Positions 16,866-24,593 of a DNA stretch of 64,000 nt are shown piece by piece. How positions within the stretch are numbered: position 1 is the first letter of the stretch; every line of letters starts with the position of its first letter. Position numbers and translations under genes: made by a program. Below the pieces are notes generated by a model that worked only from the letters and a program-made list of their open reading frames with translations, searched no databases and was not told the DNA's origin. Source of the stretch: a virus (lineage: Duplodnaviria; Caudoviricetes); the IMG/VR virus record IMGVR_UViG_2936381700_000001, positions 5,047-69,046 of that record. The stretch is one strand, 5' to 3'.

Positions 16866-19483
16866 ACGATTACAGCGCCTTCCTGCGCAACAAGATGCGC
16901 ATTGCCACCGCCACCGGCTTCGACGTCCGAGAAAGCGATCTCAACCGCCAGCTTGCTCCGCATTGCCGGAAAATCGTCCAGTGGGCGCTGCGCGGCGGCC
17001 AGCGGGCAGTCTTTGCCAATTTCGGCCTGCACAAGACCTCGATCCAGATCGAACTGATGCGCAAGATCCGCCAAACCATCGGCGGCAATTGCCTGATCGT
17101 GCTTCCGCTCGGCGTGCGGCAGGAGTTCTTCGACGAGGCGGAAGAACGTTTCACGGGCGATTGCGCGGTGCGGCTCAAGTTCATCAGGTCGACGGCCGAG
17201 ATGGGCGACGAGCTCGACGGGCGCGTCGAAGGCAACCCGCTGATCTACCTGACGAACTATGAGAGTGTCCGCGAGGGCAAGATCGACGTTTCCCGCTTCA
17301 TCGCCGCCAGCCTCGACGAGGCGGCCGTCCTGCGCGGCTACGGGACAAAGACGTTCCAGACATTCCTGCCGCTGTTCGAAAGGGTGCGTTACAAGTTCGT
17401 CGCCACGGCAACGCCGAGCCCGAACCGGCTAAAGGAACTGATCCACTATGCCGGCTTCCTCGGCGTCATGGACACCGGGCAGGCCCTGACGCGTTTCTTT
17501 CAGCGCAATTCTGAGAAAGCCGGCGACCTGACGCTCTTCCCGCACAAGGAAGAGGAGTTCTGGCTGTGGGTGCATAGCTGGGCGATCTTCCTGCAGAAGC
17601 CGTCCGATCTCGGTTTCTCCGACGAGGGCTATCAGCTGCCACCCATGAAGGTGCACTGGCATGAGGTGGCGCTCGATCCGCGCTCTGCCGGATACGATCG
17701 CGATGGGCAGGGGCTGCTGATCCACAATGCGGCGCTGGGCGTGACGCAGGCAAGTCGGGCGAAGCGGGAAAGCCTCGATGCCCGCATCGCCAAGATGCGC
17801 GAACTGATCGCGCAGGATCCGGAAGCGCATCGCATCCTTTGGCACGACCTCGAGGACGAGCGCCGCGCGATCGAGGAGGCGGTTCCGGGTGTGGCCTCGA
17901 TCTACGGCTCGCAATCGATCGAACTGAACGAGGCGAATGCGCTCGGCTTCAAGCATGGCCGGATCCGCGATCTCGCCACCAAGCCGGAAATGTCCGGCGC
18001 CGGCTGCAATTTCCAGAAACACTGCCACTGGGAAATCTTCGTCGGGATCGGCTTCAAGTTTCACGACTTCATCCAGGCTATCCATCGCATCGTCCGCTTC
18101 GGCCAGGTGCATGAATGCCGGATCGACATCATCTATTCCGAGGCGGAGCGCGAGGTGCGACGCGCCATGGAGCGCAAGTGGCGCGACCATGACGAGATGA
18201 TGGAGCGGATGGCCGGGATCGTCCGCCGCTATGGGCTCGACCAGCTGCCGGTCGCCGATCTCCTGAAGCGGTCAGTCGGACTGGAGCGGCGCGTCGAGAC
18301 GGGCGATTCCTTCAAGATCGCCAATAACGACTGCGTCGAGGAGGCGCGGCTGACGGCCGAGAACTCGGTCGGTCTGCTGGTCACCTCGATCCCGTTTTCC
18401 AACCACTACGAATATACCGAGAGCTACAACGACTTCGGCCATACCGACGACAACGATCACTTCTGGTCGCAGATGGATTATCTGACGCCGGAACTCCTGC
18501 GCATCATCCAGCCCGGCCGGCTCGCCTGCATTCACGTCAAGGATCGGGTGATGTTCGGCGCCGTGACGGGCGAGGGTGTGCCGACGATTTCGCCGTTCCA
18601 CGCCGAGGCGATCTTCCACTACCTCAAGCACGGCTTTCAGTATTGCGGCATGATCACCGTCACGACCGACGTCGTTTCGGAGAACAATCAGACCTATCGG
18701 CTGACCTATTCCGAGATGATGAAGGACGCCACGAAGATGGGCGTCGGCTGCCCGGAATATGTCCTGCTCTTTCGCAAGCCGCAGACGGACCGCTCGAAGG
18801 GCTATGCCGACGAGCGGGTCGCGCATCAGCCGCCGCTCGTCATTGCCGCCGACGGCTCGCACGTGCCCTGGACGGACGGCGATCGGCGCGCGCATGTGCC
18901 TGGCAGCGGCTACACGCTGGCGCGCTGGCAGCTCGACGCGCACGCCTTCTGGCCTTCCTCTGGCAACCGCCTGCTGACGACGGACGAGATGGTGCGGATG
19001 GGGCCGAAGGTGGTCTCGGACCTGTTCAAGCAGCTGCAGGACGGCGAGGCCGTCTACGACTTTGACGAACACGTGCGGCTCGGCGAGGAGCTGGCGGCGC
19101 GCGACAATCTCTCCAAGACGTACATGACGCTCGCGCCTCGCTCCAAGGATCCGGCCGTCTGGACCGATATCGTGCGCATGCGGACGCTGAACGGCGAGCA
19201 GGCGCAGCGCAACCTCGAAAAGCACGTCTGCCCGCTGCAGATCGACATCGTCGACCGGCTGATCGAGCGGTACTCAAACCCGGGCGACAACGTCTACGAC
19301 CCCTTCGGCGGGCTGATGACGGTGCCTTATCGCGCCATCCTGAAGGGGCGGCGCGGGCAGGCCTCCGAACTCTCCGCCACCTATTTCCGCGACGGCCTGC
19401 GCTACTGCAGGGCCGCCGAAGCGAAGATCGCGGTTCCCGACATGTTCGATGTGCTCGACGCAGTGGCGGAGGCGGCTGAGTGA
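16862..19483 (+). CDS. SF2/SNF2-like helicase fused to N4/N6 DNA methyltransferase
   Basis: FGLHKT, LDEA, TATPSPN, QAIHRIVRFGQ; TSIPF, HVCPLQ, DPFGG. Confidence 0.88.
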   Translation: MNDYSAFLRNKMRIATATGFDVRESDLNRQLAPHCRKIVQWALRGGQRAVFANFGLHKTSIQIELMRKIRQTIGGNCLIVLPLGVRQEFFDEAEERFTGDCAVRLKFIRSTAEMGDELDGRVEGNPLIYLTNYESVREGKIDVSRFIAASLDEAAVLRGYGTKTFQTFLPLFERVRYKFVATATPSPNRLKELIHYAGFLGVMDTGQALTRFFQRNSEKAGDLTLFPHKEEEFWLWVHSWAIFLQKPSDLGFSDEGYQLPPMKVHWHEVALDPRSAGYDRDGQGLLIHNAALGVTQASRAKRESLDARIAKMRELIAQDPEAHRILWHDLEDERRAIEEAVPGVASIYGSQSIELNEANALGFKHGRIRDLATKPEMSGAGCNFQKHCHWEIFVGIGFKFHDFIQAIHRIVRFGQVHECRIDIIYSEAEREVRRAMERKWRDHDEMMERMAGIVRRYGLDQLPVADLLKRSVGLERRVETGDSFKIANNDCVEEARLTAENSVGLLVTSIPFSNHYEYTESYNDFGHTDDNDHFWSQMDYLTPELLRIIQPGRLACIHVKDRVMFGAVTGEGVPTISPFHAEAIFHYLKHGFQYCGMITVTTDVVSENNQTYRLTYSEMMKDATKMGVGCPEYVLLFRKPQTDRSKGYADERVAHQPPLVIAADGSHVPWTDGDRRAHVPGSGYTLARWQLDAHAFWPSSGNRLLTTDEMVRMGPKVVSDLFKQLQDGEAVYDFDEHVRLGEELAARDNLSKTYMTLAPRSKDPAVWTDIVRMRTLNGEQAQRNLEKHVCPLQIDIVDRLIERYSNPGDNVYDPFGGLMTVPYRAILKGRRGQASELSATYFRDGLRYCRAAEAKIAVPDMFDVLDAVAEAAE

Positions 19484-19728
19484 GCAATCCCCTGACCTGG
19501 CGCGACGATATTTACCGGCGGCTCGCCAAGTCCGGCGCCGTGGACGTCGGCGCGGTCTATCCGCCGAAGGCGGGCGGCAGGCTGTGGCGCTGGCGGATCT
19601 GGCTGACGGCGAGCGGGACGAAAGCAGAAGGCACAAGTGGAACCGAAGCCGAGGCGCAGCGGCGCGTCGAGGAGCGATTCCAGCAATTCCTGACGGCGGC
19701 GAGCCTGTCGCCGTCAGGTTCTGACTGA
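19480..19728 (+). CDS. Phage hypothetical protein
   Basis: Coupled ORF; WRWRIW. Confidence 0.65.
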   Translation: MSNPLTWRDDIYRRLAKSGAVDVGAVYPPKAGGRLWRWRIWLTASGTKAEGTSGTEAEAQRRVEERFQQFLTAASLSPSGSD

Positions 19729-19808
19729 CTGACATTACGAGGGGCAGACACATGAGCAATCTTGCGCGCAATGCGGCATGCGTGCGCACCGGGACAATCG
19801 TCCAACGA

Positions 19809-20234
19809 TCAAGCCGCCTCCAGCCCGATCACCAGGCGCTTGCCCATGGCGGCCAGCGCGCTGACCAGCAGCGGCATCTTCGTGCTGGTGTCGGGATCCA
19901 GCAGCCGGCGCACTTCCTTCTCGTTCTTTCCCATGCGGCGGGCGAGCTCGGTTCGCGGAATGCCGGCCTCCTGGAAGGTCTCGATGACGGCGATCTTAGC
20001 GGCGACCTCGGGGTCGGGCATGATCATCACGCCGTCGGCCGTGGGCGTGGGCAGGGGCTTGCCTATCTCCAGATAGGTGAGCAGGGCGACGCCGAGCGCA
20101 TCGGCCGCCATTTCGCGGGCCTGCGCCATATCATCCCCCTCGGTGATTGCCTCGGGGATATCGGCGAAGCTGACGGTAAAGCCGCCCTCGCGTTCCGTCG
20201 GCTCGAAGGTCGCCGCGTAAGCGTATGTCTTCAT
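19809..20234 (-). CDS. hicB: HicB family antitoxin with C-terminal HTH
   Basis: GGFTVSFADIPEAITEGDDMAQAREMAADAL; TELARRMGKNEKEVRRLLDP. Confidence 0.9.
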   Translation of the reverse strand: MKTYAYAATFEPTEREGGFTVSFADIPEAITEGDDMAQAREMAADALGVALLTYLEIGKPLPTPTADGVMIMPDPEVAAKIAVIETFQEAGIPRTELARRMGKNEKEVRRLLDPDTSTKMPLLVSALAAMGKRLVIGLEAA

Positions 20235-20305
20235 GGTCTTCTCTCCTTGGCCGCAGCTGGCCTGTGGGGACATGGGCAAGCGGTATTCACGCGAAAGTCC
20301 AGGGC

Positions 20306-20503
20306 TCAGATGAGCCCCAGACCTTTTCGTATCTTCGCCGCCGTCTTCGGGTCTATCTCGCGGCTCGGGAGGGTCGTGAAGCGGTCTCCTAACCAGACCG
20401 TCGCATGCCCGCCCTTGCCCTTCGATTTGCTGACCCGGAAGGAAAGGCCGCGTTGTTTTGCTTCTTCCCTGAGTTCAGCGATGAAGCGATCCCGCTTGTC
20501 CAT
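20306..20503 (-). CDS. hicA: HicA family toxin
   Basis: KGKGGHATVWLGDRFTTLP GxH motif; 65 aa upstream of hicB. Confidence 0.85.
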   Translation of the reverse strand: MDKRDRFIAELREEAKQRGLSFRVSKSKGKGGHATVWLGDRFTTLPSREIDPKTAAKIRKGLGLI

Positions 20504-20530
20504 GTCCATCTCCGTTTCAATGAAAACATA

Positions 20531-20581
20531 TTCGGACATTTTTGTCCGAACGTCAAGCAAATTCGGACATTTTTGTCCGAA
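20531..20581. promoter_or_regulatory. Two identical 20-bp palindromes (likely HicB operators)
   Basis: TTCGGACATTTTTGTCCGAA at 20531-20550 and 20562-20581. Confidence 0.8.
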
Positions 20582-20605
20582 TTTTGCAAGGGTTGGAGGT
20601 GGGGC

Positions 20606-21949
20606 GTGAGCCACGAAGCCACCATGTGGGCGGTCAAGGTGCGCGGCATCAGCTGCACTGAGGCGCGTGTGCTCTGGCACCTCGCCGACTGCCACAATCC
20701 TATCTTCGGCTGCTATCCGAAGCAGGACTATCTCGCCAATGCCTGCGAGATTGACGAGCGCTCTGTGCGGCGGTCGCTGACGTCGCTGCGCGATAAGGGA
20801 CTGGTCAACTGGATCGAGCAGCGCGAGGGAAAAAACCGCAAGGCGAACCGCTATAGCCTCGGTTTCGAGGCCGGTTTCCGCCGCTTCGAAGGCAGTGATT
20901 CCGCCGAAAATGAACCGGACAATTTGTCCGCTTCAAGCGAGGCGTCAACCGGACAGGAAGGTACCCTTCAACCGGACTCAAATGACGCTTTCAACCGGAC
21001 TCCTGAGTCCTCAATAGAACCTGTAAGGGAACCTGTAATAGAACCCGTAAGAGAGAGAGGGAGCGCGCGCGAGGTTTCGGAAGATGATCCGAAAGCACTG
21101 CGGAAGCGGTTCCAGGCTCTCATCGTCGGCCGCCATGACAATCCCTGGCCGGATGTGCTCTCGTCGGCACCGGAATGGGCTTTCCAGCAGTTCGTCAAGC
21201 TTTCGCCGGAAGAGCGGCTGCGGGCCGAGGACCGGCGCGACGCTTATCTCGCTGCCTGCCCGAAGCTTCAGTCCGGCGAGCACAAAGGCAAGCCGAAGGC
21301 TGCGGCGCTCGGCGTCTATCTCCGCGATAAGATGTTTGACCTCGTCGAGGCGATCGCACCTCAGGCCGTCAGCCGGCAGGCCGAGAAGCGCCGGCAGGAG
21401 GAAAGCATACCAGTCGCGCCTTTCGGGCCGATTTGGGCGGGCAAGCGGGCGCTGGCGCTGCTCGACGGCCCGGTGGCGATAGACCTGCCCGATAACCTCT
21501 TCGAGCTCGCGGTCGAGACATACAATCGCCTGCGCCGCTCAAGTGAAACCACGGCCAGGACCTGGGCCAACAATCGCGGCATCACCGTTGATGGCAACGA
21601 ATTGGTGTTTCCGGATGACTACCGTGTCCAGGAGCGCCGGCGCCGGGAGATCGACAGCGGTTATCCCGAGGCGCACGCGCTCGACAGGCTTGTGAAGGAA
21701 CGCAGCAAGGGCTCCGCCGATCCGCGCTTCGCAATGCTCTCAGAACTCTGCGAGGCCGTGCCTGTGGGCTCGGAAACGTACGAACGATGGCGCGCCTATC
21801 ACCTGCAGATGAACTGGCCATTCGTCCCGGATCCCGGTGGCATGCGAGTGGTCTACTTCCCCAAGGGGGGGCCGGAAGGGCTTGAAGAGTTTGAACGCGC
21901 GGCGAACGCGGCTTTGATGATGGAGCGGGGCGATGACCATGCAGTTTAG
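20606..21949 (+). CDS. Phage replication initiator (N-terminal winged HTH)
   Basis: EARVLWHLADCHN...CYPKQDYLANACEIDERSVRRSLTSL; internal iterons; GGAGGT RBS. Confidence 0.85.
   Translation: MSHEATMWAVKVRGISCTEARVLWHLADCHNPIFGCYPKQDYLANACEIDERSVRRSLTSLRDKGLVNWIEQREGKNRKANRYSLGFEAGFRRFEGSDSAENEPDNLSASSEASTGQEGTLQPDSNDAFNRTPESSIEPVREPVIEPVRERGSAREVSEDDPKALRKRFQALIVGRHDNPWPDVLSSAPEWAFQQFVKLSPEERLRAEDRRDAYLAACPKLQSGEHKGKPKAAALGVYLRDKMFDLVEAIAPQAVSRQAEKRRQEESIPVAPFGPIWAGKRALALLDGPVAIDLPDNLFELAVETYNRLRRSSETTARTWANNRGITVDGNELVFPDDYRVQERRRREIDSGYPEAHALDRLVKERSKGSADPRFAMLSELCEAVPVGSETYERWRAYHLQMNWPFVPDPGGMRVVYFPKGGPEGLEEFERAANAALMMERGDDHAV
20911..21000 (+). repeat. Replication origin iterons inside the initiator gene
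   Basis: TCAACCGGAC at 20945, 20968, 20991 (23-bp period) and TGAACCGGAC at 20911. Confidence 0.8.
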
Positions 21950-22610
21950 GAAGGGTGATCTTGGCACGATCGTGGTCAGCGCTGAAGCGTGGATGAAACG
22001 TGACGGAGCTGCCGCCAGTGCCAGGCTGCGGATTGATCATCTGAATATGGCCTCGAGGGGTGCGGTGATTCGTTTGGCGAAGGATGCCGAATTGCCGAAG
22101 CCGGGTTGGTTTTGCCTCAGGGTCGCCACCGGGCGTGAGAAGGCTGTGGAAAAAGTGTTGGAGGCCTCGGATGTGGAATCACTAGTTGTGATGACGAACG
22201 AGTGCAAGGTAGTGAAGCGGGGGCGTGTCTGCATCATTCCGCCGCGTCCGGTCATCCTTGGTTATGTGCTTGTCCACTGCTCTCCGATCGCTCAGGCGAT
22301 GATGGGATTGCTGCACGTGAAGGACGTCATAGACGTGGTGGGTGGGGCAATTCGGCCATACCGCGCAGACATTGATTCCATCAGCCGATTCAAGAAGATG
22401 GCGATGGAAGGGAAATACGACAGGAGCGCCAGCAAGCAGCATCAGTTCATGGTAAAAGAGCGGGTTCGCATCACCGAAGGACCGTTTGCTTCATTCCCTG
22501 GCATTGTCGTGTCCATCGACGATGAGAAGGGATATCTGTCCCTCGAAGTGGACATTTTCGGCAGGCCGACGCCTGTTCAACTGATGCTTGATCAGATCGA
22601 AAAAATATGA
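21933..22610 (+). CDS. NusG-family transcription antiterminator paralog (NGN + KOW)
   Basis: WFCLRVATGREKAV, PVILGYVLV, VRITEGPFASFPG, VDIFGRPTPV; sits between early and late genes. Confidence 0.9.
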   Translation: MTMQFRKGDLGTIVVSAEAWMKRDGAAASARLRIDHLNMASRGAVIRLAKDAELPKPGWFCLRVATGREKAVEKVLEASDVESLVVMTNECKVVKRGRVCIIPPRPVILGYVLVHCSPIAQAMMGLLHVKDVIDVVGGAIRPYRADIDSISRFKKMAMEGKYDRSASKQHQFMVKERVRITEGPFASFPGIVVSIDDEKGYLSLEVDIFGRPTPVQLMLDQIEKI

Positions 22611-22797
22611 TCAGAGTCCCGCCGTGGACGATCCTAGATCCCAGCGTGGGCTTTGAGTCGGTGGCGCGATCACCGGCAAACGGGGCAACAAACCTCGGAG
22701 CTGCTTACCGGTAGGACCCCGCTTTGACAGCCTCGCGACGAGGTGCCGAGTCAGGGCAAGTGCTACTGCATTGTTTCCCAAGTTGATTGATGTTGAG

Positions 22798-22820
22798 AGC
22801 GGTCCATCGGGCCGCTTTTT
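22798..22820 (+). terminator. Intrinsic terminator ahead of late genes
   Basis: AGCGGTCC-ATC-GGGCCGCT followed by TTTT. Confidence 0.7.
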
Positions 22821-22832
22821 GCGTTCTTGAGT

Positions 22833-23165
22833 ATGGGCAAGCTTCGGACGATCAGCACCACGCTGCGCACTGTCGAGACGCGCACCGTCATCCCTGAAAG
22901 CAAGAAGGCAGATGCCTTTTACCTATCGCCAGAGTGGCGCGCGCTGATGTCCGAAATCATCCGTCAACGCGGCAGGGTCTGCGAGGATCCTCGTTGCGAC
23001 GGGCGAACCCACAAGCGGGGCATGCGAGTGTTCGGCGATCACATCGTCGAGCTCAAGGATGGGGGCGCACCCCTCGACCCGAACAACGTGATGCTTCGAT
23101 GTGGCGCATCCCATACCCGCAAGACCGCGGCTGCCAGAGCGAAGCGCCTGGCCGAGCGGTTCTAG
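22833..23165 (+). CDS. HNH endonuclease (packaging-associated)
   Basis: DHIVELKDGG...N...C..SHTRKT; upstream of terminase. Confidence 0.85.
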   Translation: MGKLRTISTTLRTVETRTVIPESKKADAFYLSPEWRALMSEIIRQRGRVCEDPRCDGRTHKRGMRVFGDHIVELKDGGAPLDPNNVMLRCGASHTRKTAAARAKRLAERF

Positions 23166-23174
23166 GAGAGCATC

Positions 23175-23474
23175 ATGACTGAAGAGAAATTACCTCCGGT
23201 TACGATAGAGATCACACTCTCTGCTGTCGCCGCGCCGAAAGAGATAGCGCTGGCCGCGATGGTTGCCGAGCTCCTCAATCATTCGTACTTCAACGACATC
23301 TCGGTCGCCCACAAAAGGGCGGCACTCCAGTTCGTCGGTGAGACGCGAGGTGCCCAGGTCGCAGTGCGTGTCGCGGCTGAGGGTGGGGCGGTCGATGGTC
23401 GGGTCAAGACCTTGGTCGGGGAGGCGATCGACGCCAGCATCGCTCGAGGGGGTAGGGGGTTTAGAAGTCTATAG
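23175..23474 (+). CDS. Hypothetical protein
   Basis: GGAG RBS, 99 aa. Confidence 0.55.
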   Translation: MTEEKLPPVTIEITLSAVAAPKEIALAAMVAELLNHSYFNDISVAHKRAALQFVGETRGAQVAVRVAAEGGAVDGRVKTLVGEAIDASIARGGRGFRSL

Positions 23475-23524
23475 CCTCCTTAGGCCCCTAACCGCATGGG
23501 TCCCATTCGCATCTTTTTTTTCTG
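23448..23524. other. Probable cos/packaging initiation region
   Basis: G tracts, AAGTCT, CCGCATGGGTCCC and T tract between HNH and terS, the usual layout in HK97-like phages; exact cut site not determinable. Confidence 0.45.
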
Positions 23525-24040
23525 ATGGCTGACGATTTAGACCTCTTTGGTAATCCTTACCACCCTGCCGGTCGCGCGCAGGGTAGGCCGGAGCACGTCC
23601 CGACGGAAGAAAACATCATAAATGTCATGGTGTTACTGGCGTCTGGAATGACGAACGCCGAAGTGGCGAAAACGGTCGGGCTCTCCACGCCGACTTTGCG
23701 CAAACATTATTTTCACTTGCTCAAGCAGCGCGAGGTGATGCTGACCCGATTGAAGGCAAGGCTCCGGACGGCGCAGATCCAGCAGGGCCTGGCTGGGAAC
23801 GCGGCTGCTCTTTCCGGAGCGTTGAAGATGCTGGATTCGGTCACTGCCGAAAAGGTGAACCGAGACATGCAGAGCAAGGCAGCGAACAAACCTTCGGGAC
23901 CGAAGGGGTATGTGTCGAAGAAAGAGCAGCGCCTCGACAATGCTCGGGTGATCAGCGGCGGCGGCCGCTACGCGGTACCAGCCGGCCCGCGACTAATCGC
24001 CAACAATGGGCAGTCAGTCGCTGCAGATGACGAGGTTTAG
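23525..24040 (+). CDS. terS: Terminase small subunit
   Basis: HTH (GMTNAEVAKTVGLSTPTLRKHY), GRPEHVPT; position. Confidence 0.75.
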   Translation: MADDLDLFGNPYHPAGRAQGRPEHVPTEENIINVMVLLASGMTNAEVAKTVGLSTPTLRKHYFHLLKQREVMLTRLKARLRTAQIQQGLAGNAAALSGALKMLDSVTAEKVNRDMQSKAANKPSGPKGYVSKKEQRLDNARVISGGGRYAVPAGPRLIANNGQSVAADDEV

Positions 24041-24088
24041 CGTAATCCGCGCCCGGCGGTACCGGGTATCACAAGAAGGAGAAGGCGC

Positions 24089-24331
24089 ATGAGCGCACCG
24101 GTCGTAACTGCGAAATTCCGTTGCATGAACATCAACCACGCCCACACCGGACCGGCCAGTTCGGTGGCAACTGTCAGCATGTTCCCAGTGTGGGAGCAGG
24201 ACGGTGTGAACAAGAAATGGTCCCAGGCAACTCCCAACGGAAAGTTGGAGATGACGATCACGGTACCTGAGAGCGTAGCTCAGTTTGAGCTCGGCAAGGA
24301 ATACTTCCTCGACTTTAGGCCGGCGGACTGA
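24089..24331 (+). CDS. Phage hypothetical protein
   Basis: AGGAG RBS; TAKF...ATPNG...GKEYFLDF. Confidence 0.7.
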   Translation: MSAPVVTAKFRCMNINHAHTGPASSVATVSMFPVWEQDGVNKKWSQATPNGKLEMTITVPESVAQFELGKEYFLDFRPAD

Positions 24332-24337
24332 ATTTCG

Positions 24338-24589
24338 ATGCGCCGCCCGATGATCGTTTTGGCTGTCCTGATTATCGCTTCATTCTGGTCCCTGGCTCTC
24401 CTGATCACTCAGGCGCCAGCGAAGCAGGTGGCGGAGCGGCCGGTCATCAGCGAGAAGCGGGCGGCTCCCAGTTTTTCGACGTGCCGGGCTGATGTCAACG
24501 CTGCCCGGCGCATCACCTGGCTCTTGCGCGATAGGGATGGCAGCGTGAAAGCTGCTGGCTTCGTCATCGTGCGAAAGTGCAGTTGGTAA
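24338..24589 (+). CDS. Hypothetical protein with N-terminal TM/signal
   Basis: MIVLAVLIIASFWSLALL. Confidence 0.5.
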   Translation: MRRPMIVLAVLIIASFWSLALLITQAPAKQVAERPVISEKRAAPSFSTCRADVNAARRITWLLRDRDGSVKAAGFVIVRKCSW

Positions 24590-24593
24590 GGAT

